A DNA stretch of 64,000 bases from an uncultured delta proteobacterium (GCA_963803435.1 CAWDML010000006.1:64001-128000), one strand, 5' to 3'. Counted from the first letter of the stretch, positions 37,667 through 50,300 are shown. The notes: a model not told the origin generated them from the letters alone. Translations and numbers: made by a program.

Positions 37667-40600
37667 ATGCCCCGCCGTCTACTCGTCCTGCTCCTCGCGC
37701 TCACCTCGTCCGCGTGCCTCGAGAAGTGCGCTCCCGGCCGGGTCGGTTCGGGCGTCGCGCGACTGACGGTCCGCAACGTGGGAACGATCCTCGACTTGAT
37801 CAACTCCGACGATCGCTGCGGGTTCGAGAGCGCGGGCGTGAAGGCGGGCTTCACGGCTTCAGGCGAGCCGGGAAAGCTGGGCTCGGTCACCTGGACCGTC
37901 CAGGCCTGCGAGATCGATCTCAGCGCGGCGCCGAAGGTCGTGTCCGATTGCAACGACAGCGCGACCAGCATCCGCGGCCGGATCGTCGTCAGCGCCCGCC
38001 GGACCGTCGCAGGCAAGCTCACCGGCGACCTCGAGGAGCCGGTCATCCCGCTCTCCCCCGACGCCGTTACGCTCGAGCTGACCGACGTCGAGCTCTTCGA
38101 TTTCACGGTCGCGGACGCCTCCGGCGAGAACGAGCTGAGCCAGCGCACCGGACACCTCTCCGCGGTGGCGAGACCGCGCCTGGCCGCCGACGCCGACGGG
38201 ATCTGCCAGATCGCAACGCCGAACGTCGAGATCAGCCGGATCCGATACACCGACGCCACCGCTCACGTGCACGCCGACGGCCACAGCTTCGACGTGGTGA
38301 TCCCGCGCTCCGATCTCACCGCGGTGAACGGCGTGCACGGCGATCAGGAGAACCGGATCTTCGGATCGGTCGCCATCTGGGGCAAGACGAAGACGTTCCG
38401 GAACGAGGGAGAGGAGCTCGATCCCGAGTACGATCGGGAGACCTTCCTGAGCAGCTTCGCGTGTACCGACGGCCTCGCGGCGCCCCTGTCGTTCGAGTGC
38501 GGAGACGTCGGCGCGCTCCTGGCGCAGGGCGCGGCGCGGCTGACGATCCGCAGCCTCGGCGCGATCACCGATCTCATCGAGCACGACACGACCTGCGGCT
38601 TCTCGAGCGACGCGGTGCTCTCGAGCGTCGAGCTCTCTGCGGCCGCGGGAGAGCTCGGCGAGGCGCGCTTCCGCGTCGAGCGCTGCTCGATCGAGCTACC
38701 GGAGGGCACGGTGCTGAAGGAGAGCTGCCGGGGCGAGCCGACCGTCATCTCGGGGCGCGTCACGGTGACCGGGGAGAAGATCATGAACGGCCGCCTCACC
38801 GGCGACCTGATCCAGCCGGTCGTTCCGATGAACGACCACCCCGCGCACTTCGACTTGTCGCGGATCGAATTCTCGAGCTTCACGGTGGAGGAGGACGGCA
38901 CCTCGCTCCGCCAGATCTCCGGCGCGCTGACCGCGCAGGTCGACCCTCGAACCGCGCTGGACACGACGCTCGACGCCTGCGGCTTCGAGACGCCGATCGC
39001 GCGCATGCGCGGGGTCGCCTACCTCGAGCCGACGCAGGTCATGATCCACGCCGAGCAGGGCTCCTTCTCCGCCACCGTCGACGCCGCAATGCTCGACGCG
39101 GTCAACGGCACCTGGGACGGCGAGAGCAACGCGCTCAGCGGGAGCATCACGCTCGAGGGCGACTCGTACAGGCTGCCCGTCGATCCGGCCGATCCCGGTC
39201 TGGATCCGGACTTCGATCAGACGGCGTTCGACGAGGGCTGGGCCTGCGGAACCGTCGATCGGGATCACCCGTTCGAGTGCCGCTTCGGGGCGCCGCTCGC
39301 CCAGGGCGCCGCCCAGCTGACCGCGATCGCGCTCGGCACCCTGGCCCGCGCCCTCGACGACGACCAGAGCTGTGGCTTCTCGAGCGCTCCGGTGCTGGCG
39401 GGCGCGGCGATCCAGGGCGCGCTGGGGGAGCCGGGCGGGAGCGCCACCTTCACGATCGAGCAACCGTGCGTGCTCAGCTATCCCGAGCCGACCGTGCTGG
39501 AGGAGGACTGCAACGGCAAGAAGACCCTGGCGCAGGGCACCGCCCGCGTCAGCGGCACCAAGACGCTGCGCGGGTACGTCTCCGGTGACCCGCTGGAGCC
39601 GATCGTCCCCACGTCGCGCGATCCTGCAGAGCTGGCGCTCGCGATCGACTTCGACGAGCTCTCCATCTGGACCGACCCGGGCGAGAACCAGCTCAGGGCG
39701 CACGGCGGTCGACTCACCGGGACCCTTCGGCCGCGCACGGCCATCGACAGCGAGACCGGGGCCTGCTCGATCCCCACGCCCGTCGCCGTGCTGGACGGGA
39801 TGACCTGGACCGGTGGTGACCTCACGATTGTGAGCGAGAACCGCGCGTTCCACATCGCGGTGGCGGACTCGAAGCTCATCGCCGTCAACGGCGAGCGGGA
39901 CGGGGCGGAGAACACGCTCGAGGGCACGCTCACCCTCGACGGTGATCGTTACGCGATCCCGGTCGAGGGCGGTCTCGGGCTCGATCCCGACTATGATCCG
40001 CAGCGCTTCACCGACAGCTTCGCATGCACGCCCAACCTGGTGATCCCGGCGTCCGAAGCGGACTGCAACCTGAACGAGCCGCTCGGCGGCGGGGTCGCGC
40101 GGCTCCTCATCTCGGCGCTCGGATCCGTGGCCGGGCTCGCGAACGGCGACCAGTTCGGCTGTGCGTTCGGCGCCACCGGTACGCTGACCGACCCGATCCG
40201 CGTGGACGGGGACGTCGGTCAGCAGGGCGAGATGGAGTGGCGGATTGAGGGTTGCCGGCTCACTTACGACCCCGGCGCCCGGCCGTACGAGACCGACTGC
40301 CTGGGGACCCGCTCGTACCTCTACGGCCTGGCCTCGGTGACGGGAAACCGGGTGGTGAGCGGCATCCGGAACCAGATCGACATCCTGTTCTTCTCGATCG
40401 ACTCGATCATTCCCAACGACCCGCGCTCGGTGACCGTCACCTTCGACGACATCCGCTTCGAGGACTTCGAGTCGTTCGACCTCGATCAGGATCGATCGGT
40501 CCCCGATCGACGGATTCCGCATCGCGGCGGCCGACATGAGCGCGGTGGTGGAGCCGGTCACCGGCGAGAACGACGGCCAAGGCGGAGGCATCCCCGCGCC

Positions 40601-40907
40601 GCAGGCGGGTGCGTTCGACGTGCCGACGAAGGTCGCCCGCATGCACGACGTCCACGTCGGCGATGCCGACGTGACGATCCTCTACGCCGGGAAGACGTTC
40701 AACGTGCACGTCGATCGGGCCAGCCTGTATGCGTTCAACGGATCGTGGAGCCGCGCGGGCGAGACCAACGTGATCTCCGGAGAGATCTCCGTGAACGGGC
40801 AGCTCGTTACTCTGGCGCCGCAGGCCCTCGACCCCGACTACGACCAGGCCGACTTCGACAGCCGGTACGCATGCACGCCCAATCTGGTGGCGACGCTGCC
40901 GCCGTGA
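37667..40907 (+). CDS. Large lipoprotein made of four tandem ~260-aa Cys-containing repeats (one apparent +1 error)
   Basis: LTSSAC lipobox; repeats begin G(V/A)A(R/Q)L and end LDPx(Y/F)D..F...AC; contiguous if GATTC at 40513 is GATC. Confidence 0.85.
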
Positions 40908-40951
40908 GCCGGGTTCGACGACCCCGAACCCGCTGAGGTAGGCTGGTCCGG

Positions 40952-42205
40952 ATGCGCCGAGCGGTCTTGATCGCGCTGGCCGTCTCGTGGGCCCCTCCGG
41001 CCCTCGCCCACCTCTCCCGGCCCGAGAACCGAGACCCCGAGCCGCTTCAGTACGACCTCGAGGATCGGGTGCTGGTCTATCCCACGCCGGGGGGCCGAGT
41101 GCTCGTCCACTACGTCATCGAGGGACGGAATGGCGTGGGTCTCGAGAACCTCGACGGCGACGCGGTCGTGGATCGCGTGGAGCGGATCGGCGCGGCCTAC
41201 GATCGGGCGCTCGAAGTCTTCACCGCCACCGTTGGCTTCGAGGCGCCCCGATCGGACGAGGATCAGATCCCGCAGAACGGCGGCGACGATCGCATCGACG
41301 TCTACGTCCTCGACGTCGATCCCACTCCCGGTGGGATCCTCGTCGAAGGCTGTGCGCCCGAGCGAGCGCCGTCCTGCTGGGGCTTCATCCTCCACCCCGT
41401 CCACACGACGGACGATGAGCGCTTCGCCCAGCGCGAGCTCTTCCGTCTGATCCTGGCCGGGTACTACGCGTACTTCGACCGGCCTCTGGAGCTCGGGACC
41501 GCATCGTGGGCCGCCGGTGATCCGAGCGCGCTCGCTGCTTATCTCACCGCGCCCGAGCGGACCCTGGGCGAGCTGGACGGACCGGCAGGGGATGGCGGCG
41601 TGGGACCGTTCTTGATCCACCTCGCCCAGCGCCGCGGGCGGGATCCGATCCGCGCGCTCTGGCGCGAGATCGCGGCGGCCCCGGCACGGCCCGACTGGCG
41701 CCTACTGCTCGACGAGGTGCTGAACCGCCAGGGCGGATCGCTCGACGAGGAGTTCACGAGCTTTGCCCTCGACAACGCCGACCGGGGCGCACGCCTCGAC
41801 GCGCTCGGCGACGAGCTCCCGGAGCTGGCGCCCCTCTCCGCGCGCTACTTCCGGATCGATCGCGGCACGGTCACGCCGACCCCGGCCGACCTCGGCCCGC
41901 TGAGGATCAGCCGGGTGGACACGCTGCTGACCGTGATCAATCCGAGCCTGTCCACCATCGGTGCCTCTCGTCTCGAGAATGGAGAGGGCGGCTGCACCTG
42001 CGCCAGCGGGCCGAGGGCCGGGCCGTTCCGCGCGCTCGCACTGGGGCTCCTGCTGCTGGTTCGAGGAGCCCCTACTCGATCGCGATCCGGAGCTCGGCGC
42101 CGATCACCTCGACGTCCCCCCACGCGCCGGCGATCCGGACGCGCGCAGCGTCGCGCTCGAACCGATCGATCCGGCCGAGCGAGTCCATCCCGCAGGCCAG
42201 ATTGA
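40952..42205 (+). CDS. MYXO-CTERM-anchored protein with degenerate zincin-like domain
   Basis: Signal peptide; NGGDDRIDVYV; RELFR where HExxH is expected; GGCTCASG + TM + Arg-rich tail; true 3' end uncertain because of overlap with the opposite gene. Confidence 0.75.
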   Translation: MRRAVLIALAVSWAPPALAHLSRPENRDPEPLQYDLEDRVLVYPTPGGRVLVHYVIEGRNGVGLENLDGDAVVDRVERIGAAYDRALEVFTATVGFEAPRSDEDQIPQNGGDDRIDVYVLDVDPTPGGILVEGCAPERAPSCWGFILHPVHTTDDERFAQRELFRLILAGYYAYFDRPLELGTASWAAGDPSALAAYLTAPERTLGELDGPAGDGGVGPFLIHLAQRRGRDPIRALWREIAAAPARPDWRLLLDEVLNRQGGSLDEEFTSFALDNADRGARLDALGDELPELAPLSARYFRIDRGTVTPTPADLGPLRISRVDTLLTVINPSLSTIGASRLENGEGGCTCASGPRAGPFRALALGLLLLVRGAPTRSRSGARRRSPRRPPTRRRSGRAQRRARTDRSGRASPSRRPD

Positions 42206-43685
42206 CGCGGTGCCAATCGATCCGAGTGGGGTCCTCGAGCACCAGACGGATCGGGTGCTCCTCGCCGTCTTCGAAGCGCACGTCGAGGTGGAGGACGAGC
42301 GCCTGCGGATCCAGCTCGACGCGGCGCACCCCGGCGCCGATGAGCCGCACGCCCTCGAGTGGATCGCGCGGCGGATCGGGATCCGTGACGTCGTCGAAGG
42401 CACCGGCCTCGTCCGTCGGGTAGCCGACGGCCAGCTCGCCGACCCGCAGCGCCGCCCGCAGGCCGTCGTGATGCTCCACGAGCGCGGCGCCCTTCTGGAC
42501 GAGCGCCCGGAGCGCTTGCACCTCACGGCCGGGCTCCTGGAGGCCTCCTTCGTTCGAATAGATCGAGTCGCGGAGGGACGGGTGGTGCGCCGAGAGCTCG
42601 GCGTAGAGAGAGCGAAGCGAACGGAGGAGGATCGGGGCCACCTCGAACACCAGGCTGTTGTCGTCGCCGTCCAGCAGGATCTCGAGCCGCTCGACCACGC
42701 TGGAGAGATCCTCGATCAGCGCCGCCGGCTCGCGCGGTCGGGGCGGCACCACCTCGTCGTGGTCGGTGCGGGGGAGGAACGCCGGCTCCAGCGTGCGATC
42801 GAGGGGGGATCGTTCGTGCTGCTCGGCCGGCGCCACGGCGGCGGTCTGCTCGTCGACCTCCTGGTTCTTGGCGACCTCCTCCAGCTCGGATCGGAGCGCT
42901 TTGGTGTGGACGAGATCCTCCTTGCGTCGATCCTTCTCCGCCAGCCGCTCGACCGCCGCGATCGATCGCATCACCGCGTCCACGTCGACCGGACGTTCGC
43001 TCATCCGCAGGATCACGTCGGCCGTGAAGAGCACGCCGGCCAGCACCAGGTTCCTGCGCCGCTCCAGCTCGGCCGCCAGCTCGGCCAGCGCGAAGAACGA
43101 GCGGAGGCTGCGGATCGCCTGCCAGCCCTCCCAGACCGAGAGCCCGATCCCGAGGTCCTCGTCCTGGTTGATCGCGCTCTCGACCAGACCGGTGGCACAG
43201 CGGATCAGGCCCCGGTCGGCGTCGAAGCGACGCTTCGCCTTCGCGGTCGCTCGAGCGTAGTAGTAGGCCTCCAGCGCCGCGTACGTGAGGACGCGGCAAG
43301 CGCCGCCGTGGGTCAGCCCGGGATCCTGCCGGAGGCTGGCGGACAGCTCGCTGGCCAGGGCCACCGCCTTGAGCACGGTCTCCTGATCCGACTCCTCGCC
43401 CGCCAGCAGGTGATGCAGGCCTTCGAGCCCGACGCTGATCTCGACCGGGTCCACCGTCTCGAAGCGCGCGAGCATCGGCTGGAACGCGTCGCCGATCGAT
43501 CGCAGGAGCTCCGCGAGCGAGGCGGCGACCGCGAGCACCGGGTTCGCGTGCGCAGGATAGTCGTGCAGGAACCAGTCGCTGTCGCCACGGACGCTGGCGT
43601 CGACCGCACGCCCGAGGAGCAGCGCGTCGACACGAACGCCGGCGTGCGCCTCCTGCGCGTTCTTCGCCAGGCGAAGGCGCGACAT
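42072..43685 (-). CDS. Hypothetical alpha-helical protein
   Basis: Long ORF with host-like codon use; no recognised motif. Confidence 0.65.
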   Translation of the reverse strand: MSRLRLAKNAQEAHAGVRVDALLLGRAVDASVRGDSDWFLHDYPAHANPVLAVAASLAELLRSIGDAFQPMLARFETVDPVEISVGLEGLHHLLAGEESDQETVLKAVALASELSASLRQDPGLTHGGACRVLTYAALEAYYYARATAKAKRRFDADRGLIRCATGLVESAINQDEDLGIGLSVWEGWQAIRSLRSFFALAELAAELERRRNLVLAGVLFTADVILRMSERPVDVDAVMRSIAAVERLAEKDRRKEDLVHTKALRSELEEVAKNQEVDEQTAAVAPAEQHERSPLDRTLEPAFLPRTDHDEVVPPRPREPAALIEDLSSVVERLEILLDGDDNSLVFEVAPILLRSLRSLYAELSAHHPSLRDSIYSNEGGLQEPGREVQALRALVQKGAALVEHHDGLRAALRVGELAVGYPTDEAGAFDDVTDPDPPRDPLEGVRLIGAGVRRVELDPQALVLHLDVRFEDGEEHPIRLVLEDPTRIDWHRVNLACGMDSLGRIDRFERDAARVRIAGAWGDVEVIGAELRIAIE

Positions 43686-43818
43686 CGGCTGCGGGCCGAT
43701 CGTGATGTCGAGACGCGGGGGGGTGCGGGGCACCCGATCAGGTTACCGGCGCAGCGGACCGGACAGTAGCCTCCAGGCGGCGAAAGCGACCCGCCGGAAA
43801 TGGTGGCATCATCGGGCC

Positions 43819-44665
<847 letters not shown>

Positions 44666-44685
<20 letters not shown>

Positions 44686-46066
44686 ACCAAGCGATCCGCT
44701 GCTCGACGAGCTGATCTTCGGGCAGCGCGCCGTCGACCATCGGCACGATCACGTCCGCACCGAGGACCGTCATCGAGCGTTGGGCCTCCAGCCCGTCCGC
44801 CGGGAGGCCGCTCGGATCGCACAGGAGACCGCCCTCGTCGAGGTAGCGGAAGAGGCTGCTGCCGCTCAGGAACACCAGCCCGTCCGGCGCCACCTCCGGG
44901 TAGCGCTGCACGCCGTTGATCGGCTCGATGTCGAAGCCGGCGATCTGGCGCCAGGTCTGGTCGCCCTCGGGTTGGAGGTGGACCTCGCCCGCCGACGTGC
45001 CCGCCACCAGACCGTAGCCCGGGAACTCCTGGATCTGGACCACCGAGCCCAGCACCACCGAGGAGACCCGAATCGAGACCTCGACGCCGTCCCGGGCGCC
45101 GAACACCTCGGTGTCGCGATAGAACGACGCGAACAAGCCATACCCGGGTGCAACCCAGGTTGCATCATGCGGCGTGTTCCGGCGGAGGCCCGGCACGGTC
45201 CAGCGCTGACCGTCGAACCACTCGAAGGCGCCCCACTGCTCGTCCTGGGCGCGGTTCGTGGTGAGCGCGAACTGCTCGCGGGGCGTCCCGCTCGCCGGTC
45301 CCACCAGCGAGATGATGTCCTCGCGGCTGCTCACCGTGCTCGACGCGGTCACCTCGAGCGCGGGCGTGGGCTCGGCCGTGAAGGTGGCGCGGTACACCAC
45401 GCCCTGCTCACCGCCCAGCCAGATGATCCCGTCGTCCTGGCGATAGCCGTCGAAGAAGCTCGAGGGGAGCCCGCGCTGCTCGACCACGCTCCGATCGCGG
45501 TCGACGAAGAAGACCTTCCCAGGCTCGGCGGGGAGGAGCCGCGTGTTGGTGCCGATCAGCACCCACCGATCGTCGAGCGCCAGCGCGAACGTGGGCGCGC
45601 CGGCGAGGCCGAGGTCGACCGTGTCCGCGACCAGCCGCCCGCACGGATCGGGCGCGGTGATCCGGAACGCTTCGAGGGCCGGCGGCACGGTGCCGTCGGT
45701 CCACTCCGAGGCTTGGCCATCGCCAATCGTCAGCCGCGCGACGCGCTCCGCCCTGGGGAGCGGCTGCTGGTGGGCCGGGTCCTCCTCGGGGCTCAACACG
45801 CCCGGCGCCAGGCCCAGCGCGTCGAGGGTCTGATCGTAGAGGAGCGCGGTGACGAGGACCTCGCCGTCGAGAGGGAAGCGAACGTTGATCGGATCGACCG
45901 TTCGGTCCTGCGCGATCGAGAGCGCATGCACGGTGAGCGCGCGATCGATCTCGACGCCGACGACCATCGATCGGTGCTGATCGAGGATCGGCACGTCGAC
46001 GCGGAGCGCGACGGGAGCGGCCTGCGAACAGGCGGCCAGGGCCAGCGCCAGCGCCGCGCGCCTCAC
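44666..46066 (-). CDS. Lipoprotein, probable beta-propeller
   Basis: [13 protein letters not shown] lipobox; [28 protein letters not shown] repeats. Confidence 0.75.
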
Positions 46067-46085
46067 GATCCCGAGCGTACCCCGA

Positions 46086-46418
46086 TCAATCCGGAGGATG
46101 GAGGTCGAGCGCCTTGCCCAGGCGCCGGGAGGTTCGCTCGGTCAGGAGCTTCCACAGCTCCTCGCCAGTCTTCGTGGAGAGCCAGGCCTCGCCGTTCCAG
46201 TCGAAGTGCCAGGCGGAGGCGTCCGCCGACATCCAGATCTGCCGGGCGGCCCGATGGCTGTTGACCACGTACTTGGTGCCGTCCTCGAAGACGATCGAGA
46301 GCACGCCGCTCTCGAGGTCCACCTCGAGGCCCTCCTCCTCGGCATCGGCGAGCACCTCGACCATGTCGTTCAGCGTGCAATCGGCGACGGACTCGAACTC
46401 GCTCTCCGACAGTGCCAT
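46086..46418 (-). CDS. cyaY: Iron donor protein CyaY (frataxin family)
   Basis: Acidic N-terminal helix, GVLSIVFEDG.KYVVN.H....QIWMS, WHF. Confidence 0.93.
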   Translation of the reverse strand: MALSESEFESVADCTLNDMVEVLADAEEEGLEVDLESGVLSIVFEDGTKYVVNSHRAARQIWMSADASAWHFDWNGEAWLSTKTGEELWKLLTERTSRRLGKALDLHPPD

Positions 46419-46552
46419 GGCGCCGGCAGCCTGCCCCAGCCGGCACGGGAGCGTCGAGGACCAAGCCTGCGCGCACCTACATGACCCTCTAATGTAACCT
46501 CGGTTTCCATCCCGATGGACGGACAGGACAGTTCAGGGCGACACGTTGCGTC

Positions 46553-49111
46553 ATGGCCCGCGCGCTCCCCTGGATTCTGCCCTTGATCGCGGCCTGCGGC
46601 GTCGATCCGCCGGCGGGCGACCCCGTGGTGCTCCGGGCCCTCTTCGACCCGCAGACCGGCGCGATCCCCAAACCGACCGACCTCCTCCGGGACGCCGACC
46701 TCGGCCACCTGGTGATCCCCGCCGAGCCCGAAGATCTGGCCGGCAAGACCCCGGCCGAAGCCGCGCTGATCCGCGCGCTCAATCAGCGTGACGGATGGCC
46801 CCGCACCCTGAAGGCCGAGGTCGAGATCAGCGGCCCCCTCGATCCCGCCTCGGTCACGAAGAGCGCGATCCGGATCTTCGAGATCGACGAGGCCGGCAAC
46901 CCGCGCCCGCTCGACCTCCCGATCACCGGGGAGCCCGCGCGGGCGCCCACCAAGGTCACCGTGGCGCCGCCAGAGGGCGGATGGCAGCGCGGCCGTACGT
47001 ACCTGGTGATCGCGCTCGGCGGTACCTCAGGGCTCGCGGGACAGAACGGCGAGCCGGTGGTCGCCGACGCCGCCTTCTACTTCCTGCGCGCGCAGGTGCC
47101 GCTCACCGATCACGTGCGGGCCCTCCCGGGCACCACCCAGGAGGAGCGCCGTCAAAAGGCCGAGGACCTGGAGAGGATCCGGCTCGAGCTCGCGCCCTGG
47201 TTCGCGCACGCCGAGAAGCTGGGGCTGGCGCGGGATCAGATCGTCTCGCTGTGGAGCTTCACGGCCTCCGACGCCGTCGAGGTGGTGATGGACAAGGACG
47301 CCGGCCGGATGCCGCTGCCCTCCGACTTCCTCCGAGATCCCGCGACCGGGCTCATCGACATCCCGGCGCGCGACGACGACACCGCGCTGGAGCGGAACGC
47401 CAAAGTCGACCTGGCCAGGCTCGACGGCTTCGCCCTCTCGGCCGACCTGCTCTTCGACCTCTCCGGACCGTTCGATCCGGCGACGCTGCCCGGCGCGGTG
47501 CACCTGTTCGCGCTCCCCGAGGACGGCCCGCCGGTCGAGATCCCGATCTCCGCCGAGTCGCGGCGCGCCGACACCGCGGTGGTGGCCAAGCTTCCCGAGC
47601 ATCCGCTGGCGCCGGCCACCGATCACCTCGTGATCGTCACCCGCGAGCTGCGGGACGGCCGCGGGCGCTCGGTCGCGCCGATGTTGCCCGGGATGCTGGC
47701 GCTCCTCGATGCGCCGCTCTACGACGGCACGCGCTCGCTGGTGGCCTCGGTGGACGACGAGTCGGCCGCGCGCGTCGAGCCGGTTCGTGCGGCGGCGACC
47801 CGCGGGCTGGCCGCGGTCGAGCGCGCCGGGCTCGTCGACGCTGATCAGGTCGCGGTGGCCTGGCCGTTCCACACCATGTCGGTGTACGCGCCGATGCGGG
47901 CCGCCCGCGACGCCGCCGAGCTGGTCGATCTGTCGCCCGATCCGATCGACGTGGAGCGCGTCTCTCCGATCCAGGCGGCGCTCGACTTCCCGCTCTCTGC
48001 CCTGACGCTCCTCCGCGTGGGCGATGTGTACGAGGGCACGATCCTGACCACGGACTTCCTGGATCCGCTGACCCGCAAGAATCGCGAGGACGGCAGCTGG
48101 GAGCCGCGCGAGATCAAATTCGTGATGACGGTGCCCGCGAGCCACGATCCGGGTTCGCCGCTCCCGGTCGTGATCTTCGGTCACGGCCTGATGACGGAGC
48201 GCCGCTTCGTGCTGGCGTTGGGCGATGCGCTCGCCGCCGAAGGGCTCGCCGCCATCTCGATCGACCTCCCCTACCACGGCGCCCGGACGCACTGCGTGCT
48301 GAGCGGACCCCAGTGCCTGGTCAACCCGCTCGACCAATCAGGTCCACTGATCTGTCCCGCGCCCTGCCAGAGCGGTACCACCTGCGCGCCCGACGGCCGC
48401 TGCGTCGACAACGCCGGCGAGGGCAACGCGCTGCAGGACTGGCCGATCGTCGGCTTCCCGCAGGCGAGCGGCGGCGCCTTCGTCGACGTCGACAACATGG
48501 TCGGCACACGCGACCACTTCTATCAGGCGGTCACCGATCTCTCGGCGCTCGAGCGCTCGTTGATGAAGGGTGACTGGGAGCGCGCGATCGGATCGCCGAT
48601 CGATCCTTCCGTCCGCTACATCGGTCAGAGCCTCGGCGGCATCATCGGCGCCGTCTTCGCCGCGGTTCATCCGGAGATCCAGAACGTGGTGCTCAACGTT
48701 CCCGGTGCCGACATGATCGACATGTTCCGCCAGTCGGTGGTCTTCAAGCCCCACTTCGACGCCTTCCTGGCGCGCGAGATGATCGAACCAGGCAGCGCCA
48801 AGCACGACCAGATCCTCAATATCGCGCGCTGGATCATGGATCCGATCGATCCGCAGACCTTCGCAGACTTCTTGCTCGGCGAGCCTTTCGAGCCCGACGC
48901 GTCGCTGGTCGACCGCCGGGTCCTGATTCAGATGGCGACGCTCGATCTCGTGATCCCGAACGAGGAGACCATGGTGCTCGAGCACCTCTCGACGGCGCCG
49001 CGCGAGGACTACCTCGCCGAGCACGGGTTCATCGTGATCCCGGTGGAGCCGGCCTATCCGCGCGGGACCCGCGAAGCCGCCGCGCTGCTGGCGCGGGGAG
49101 AGATGCCGTGA
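46553..49111 (+). CDS. Lipoprotein lipase-like alpha/beta hydrolase with N-terminal Ig-like domains (VolA/Pla-1-like)
   Basis: IAAC lipobox; duplicated P.P.D.L..D/DG(W/F) modules; VVIFGHGL, IDLPYHG, GQSLGG, DLVIPN, EHGF. Confidence 0.85.
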   Translation: MARALPWILPLIAACGVDPPAGDPVVLRALFDPQTGAIPKPTDLLRDADLGHLVIPAEPEDLAGKTPAEAALIRALNQRDGWPRTLKAEVEISGPLDPASVTKSAIRIFEIDEAGNPRPLDLPITGEPARAPTKVTVAPPEGGWQRGRTYLVIALGGTSGLAGQNGEPVVADAAFYFLRAQVPLTDHVRALPGTTQEERRQKAEDLERIRLELAPWFAHAEKLGLARDQIVSLWSFTASDAVEVVMDKDAGRMPLPSDFLRDPATGLIDIPARDDDTALERNAKVDLARLDGFALSADLLFDLSGPFDPATLPGAVHLFALPEDGPPVEIPISAESRRADTAVVAKLPEHPLAPATDHLVIVTRELRDGRGRSVAPMLPGMLALLDAPLYDGTRSLVASVDDESAARVEPVRAAATRGLAAVERAGLVDADQVAVAWPFHTMSVYAPMRAARDAAELVDLSPDPIDVERVSPIQAALDFPLSALTLLRVGDVYEGTILTTDFLDPLTRKNREDGSWEPREIKFVMTVPASHDPGSPLPVVIFGHGLMTERRFVLALGDALAAEGLAAISIDLPYHGARTHCVLSGPQCLVNPLDQSGPLICPAPCQSGTTCAPDGRCVDNAGEGNALQDWPIVGFPQASGGAFVDVDNMVGTRDHFYQAVTDLSALERSLMKGDWERAIGSPIDPSVRYIGQSLGGIIGAVFAAVHPEIQNVVLNVPGADMIDMFRQSVVFKPHFDAFLAREMIEPGSAKHDQILNIARWIMDPIDPQTFADFLLGEPFEPDASLVDRRVLIQMATLDLVIPNEETMVLEHLSTAPREDYLAEHGFIVIPVEPAYPRGTREAAALLARGEMP

Positions 49112-50292
49112 CGAGGACGATCCTGCCCCTGCTCCTCCTCTTCGTGCCTGGCGCCGCCTCCGCTGCCGGCTGGTCGACCGCCGACCGCAGCGTCACCGCC
49201 ATGGCCACCGGCGGCGCCGGCGCCGCCCGGACCGACGACCCGGGCGCGAACGCGTACAACCCCGCGGCCGGCCTGTTCCGTCCCGGGCTCGCCGCCGCCG
49301 CCGGCGTGGTCATAGCGGCGCCGATCCTCGACGCCACCGCCGACGGGCTCGACGCCGGCGCCCGCGGTGTCGTCACGCCCCCGCTGCTCCACCTGCGCTG
49401 GGCCGGCGAGAGCTTCGGCCTGGGCGCGTCGTTCTCGGTCCCGTTCGGCACGCAGGTGGTCTGGCCGGACGGTTGGGCCGGCCGCTTCGAGCTCCAGCAG
49501 GCCCACGTCCAGGTCTTCCGCACGGAGGCCTTCGCGGGCGGCCGCCTGGGACCGGTCTCGTTCGCGGCGGGCGCCTTCGTCGACGTGGCGCGGCTCTCGT
49601 TCCTCCGCGCGCTCGACTTCGTCGACACCGAGGGTAGCACGTCGATCGAGACGCGCGCGCACGGCTTCGGCGGAGAGGCGTCCGTCTTCGTTCGCGCGTT
49701 CGACGCGCTCGATCTGGGCCTCTCCTATCAGAGCCGCAGCCGGCTCGCGTTCTCCGGATGGGCCGACTTCTCGGTGCCACCCGAGTTCTCCGCCAAGGCC
49801 GCCGATCAGCGCCTCACCACGCGCGTGACGCTCCCCGATCGCTTCCGGCTGGGCGCGCTCTACCGCGTCACGGACACGGTCGAGGTCGTCGCCGATCTCG
49901 AGCTCGTCCTCTGGAGCACGATCGATCAGCTCGCGCTGGACTTCGAGAACGAGGAGACCACCGACCAGGTCCAGCCCCGCAACTGGAAGACCACCGTCGC
50001 GCCCCGTCTGGGCGCTTCCTGGCGCGCCCTCGACTTCCTCACCTTGCGGGCGGGCTTCTTCGTCGATCCCTCGCCGGTGCCGCGGTCGACCGTCGGACCC
50101 GCCTCGCCGGACTCGACGCGGATCGGGCTGACGGCCGGCGCCGGCCTCGAGATTTATGGCGGCCTCGGCCTCGACCTCGGCTATCAGCTCCTCCTCTTCA
50201 CCGGGCAGGAGGCGGAGTCCGGCGAGATGGCCGGGGTCCGGTACGGCGGTCAGGTGCACCTGTTCGGCGCAGCGCTCCGGCTGGTGCTCTGA
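49108..50292 (+). CDS. FadL/OmpP1-family outer-membrane transporter
   Basis: AMATGGAG..A..DD....YNPA hatch motif, VPFG, LRAG, PDSTR; GTGA overlap with the lipase gene. Confidence 0.88.
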   Translation: MTRTILPLLLLFVPGAASAAGWSTADRSVTAMATGGAGAARTDDPGANAYNPAAGLFRPGLAAAAGVVIAAPILDATADGLDAGARGVVTPPLLHLRWAGESFGLGASFSVPFGTQVVWPDGWAGRFELQQAHVQVFRTEAFAGGRLGPVSFAAGAFVDVARLSFLRALDFVDTEGSTSIETRAHGFGGEASVFVRAFDALDLGLSYQSRSRLAFSGWADFSVPPEFSAKAADQRLTTRVTLPDRFRLGALYRVTDTVEVVADLELVLWSTIDQLALDFENEETTDQVQPRNWKTTVAPRLGASWRALDFLTLRAGFFVDPSPVPRSTVGPASPDSTRIGLTAGAGLEIYGGLGLDLGYQLLLFTGQEAESGEMAGVRYGGQVHLFGAALRLVL

Positions 50293-50300
50293 GTCGGCTC

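Noticed and set aside
3804-40517. Programmed frameshifting or phase variation at the GATTC sites
   Set aside because: There are no slippery runs or tandem repeats, the genes are unrelated, and the change follows the assembly strand rather than gene orientation, so a sequencing artefact is more likely.
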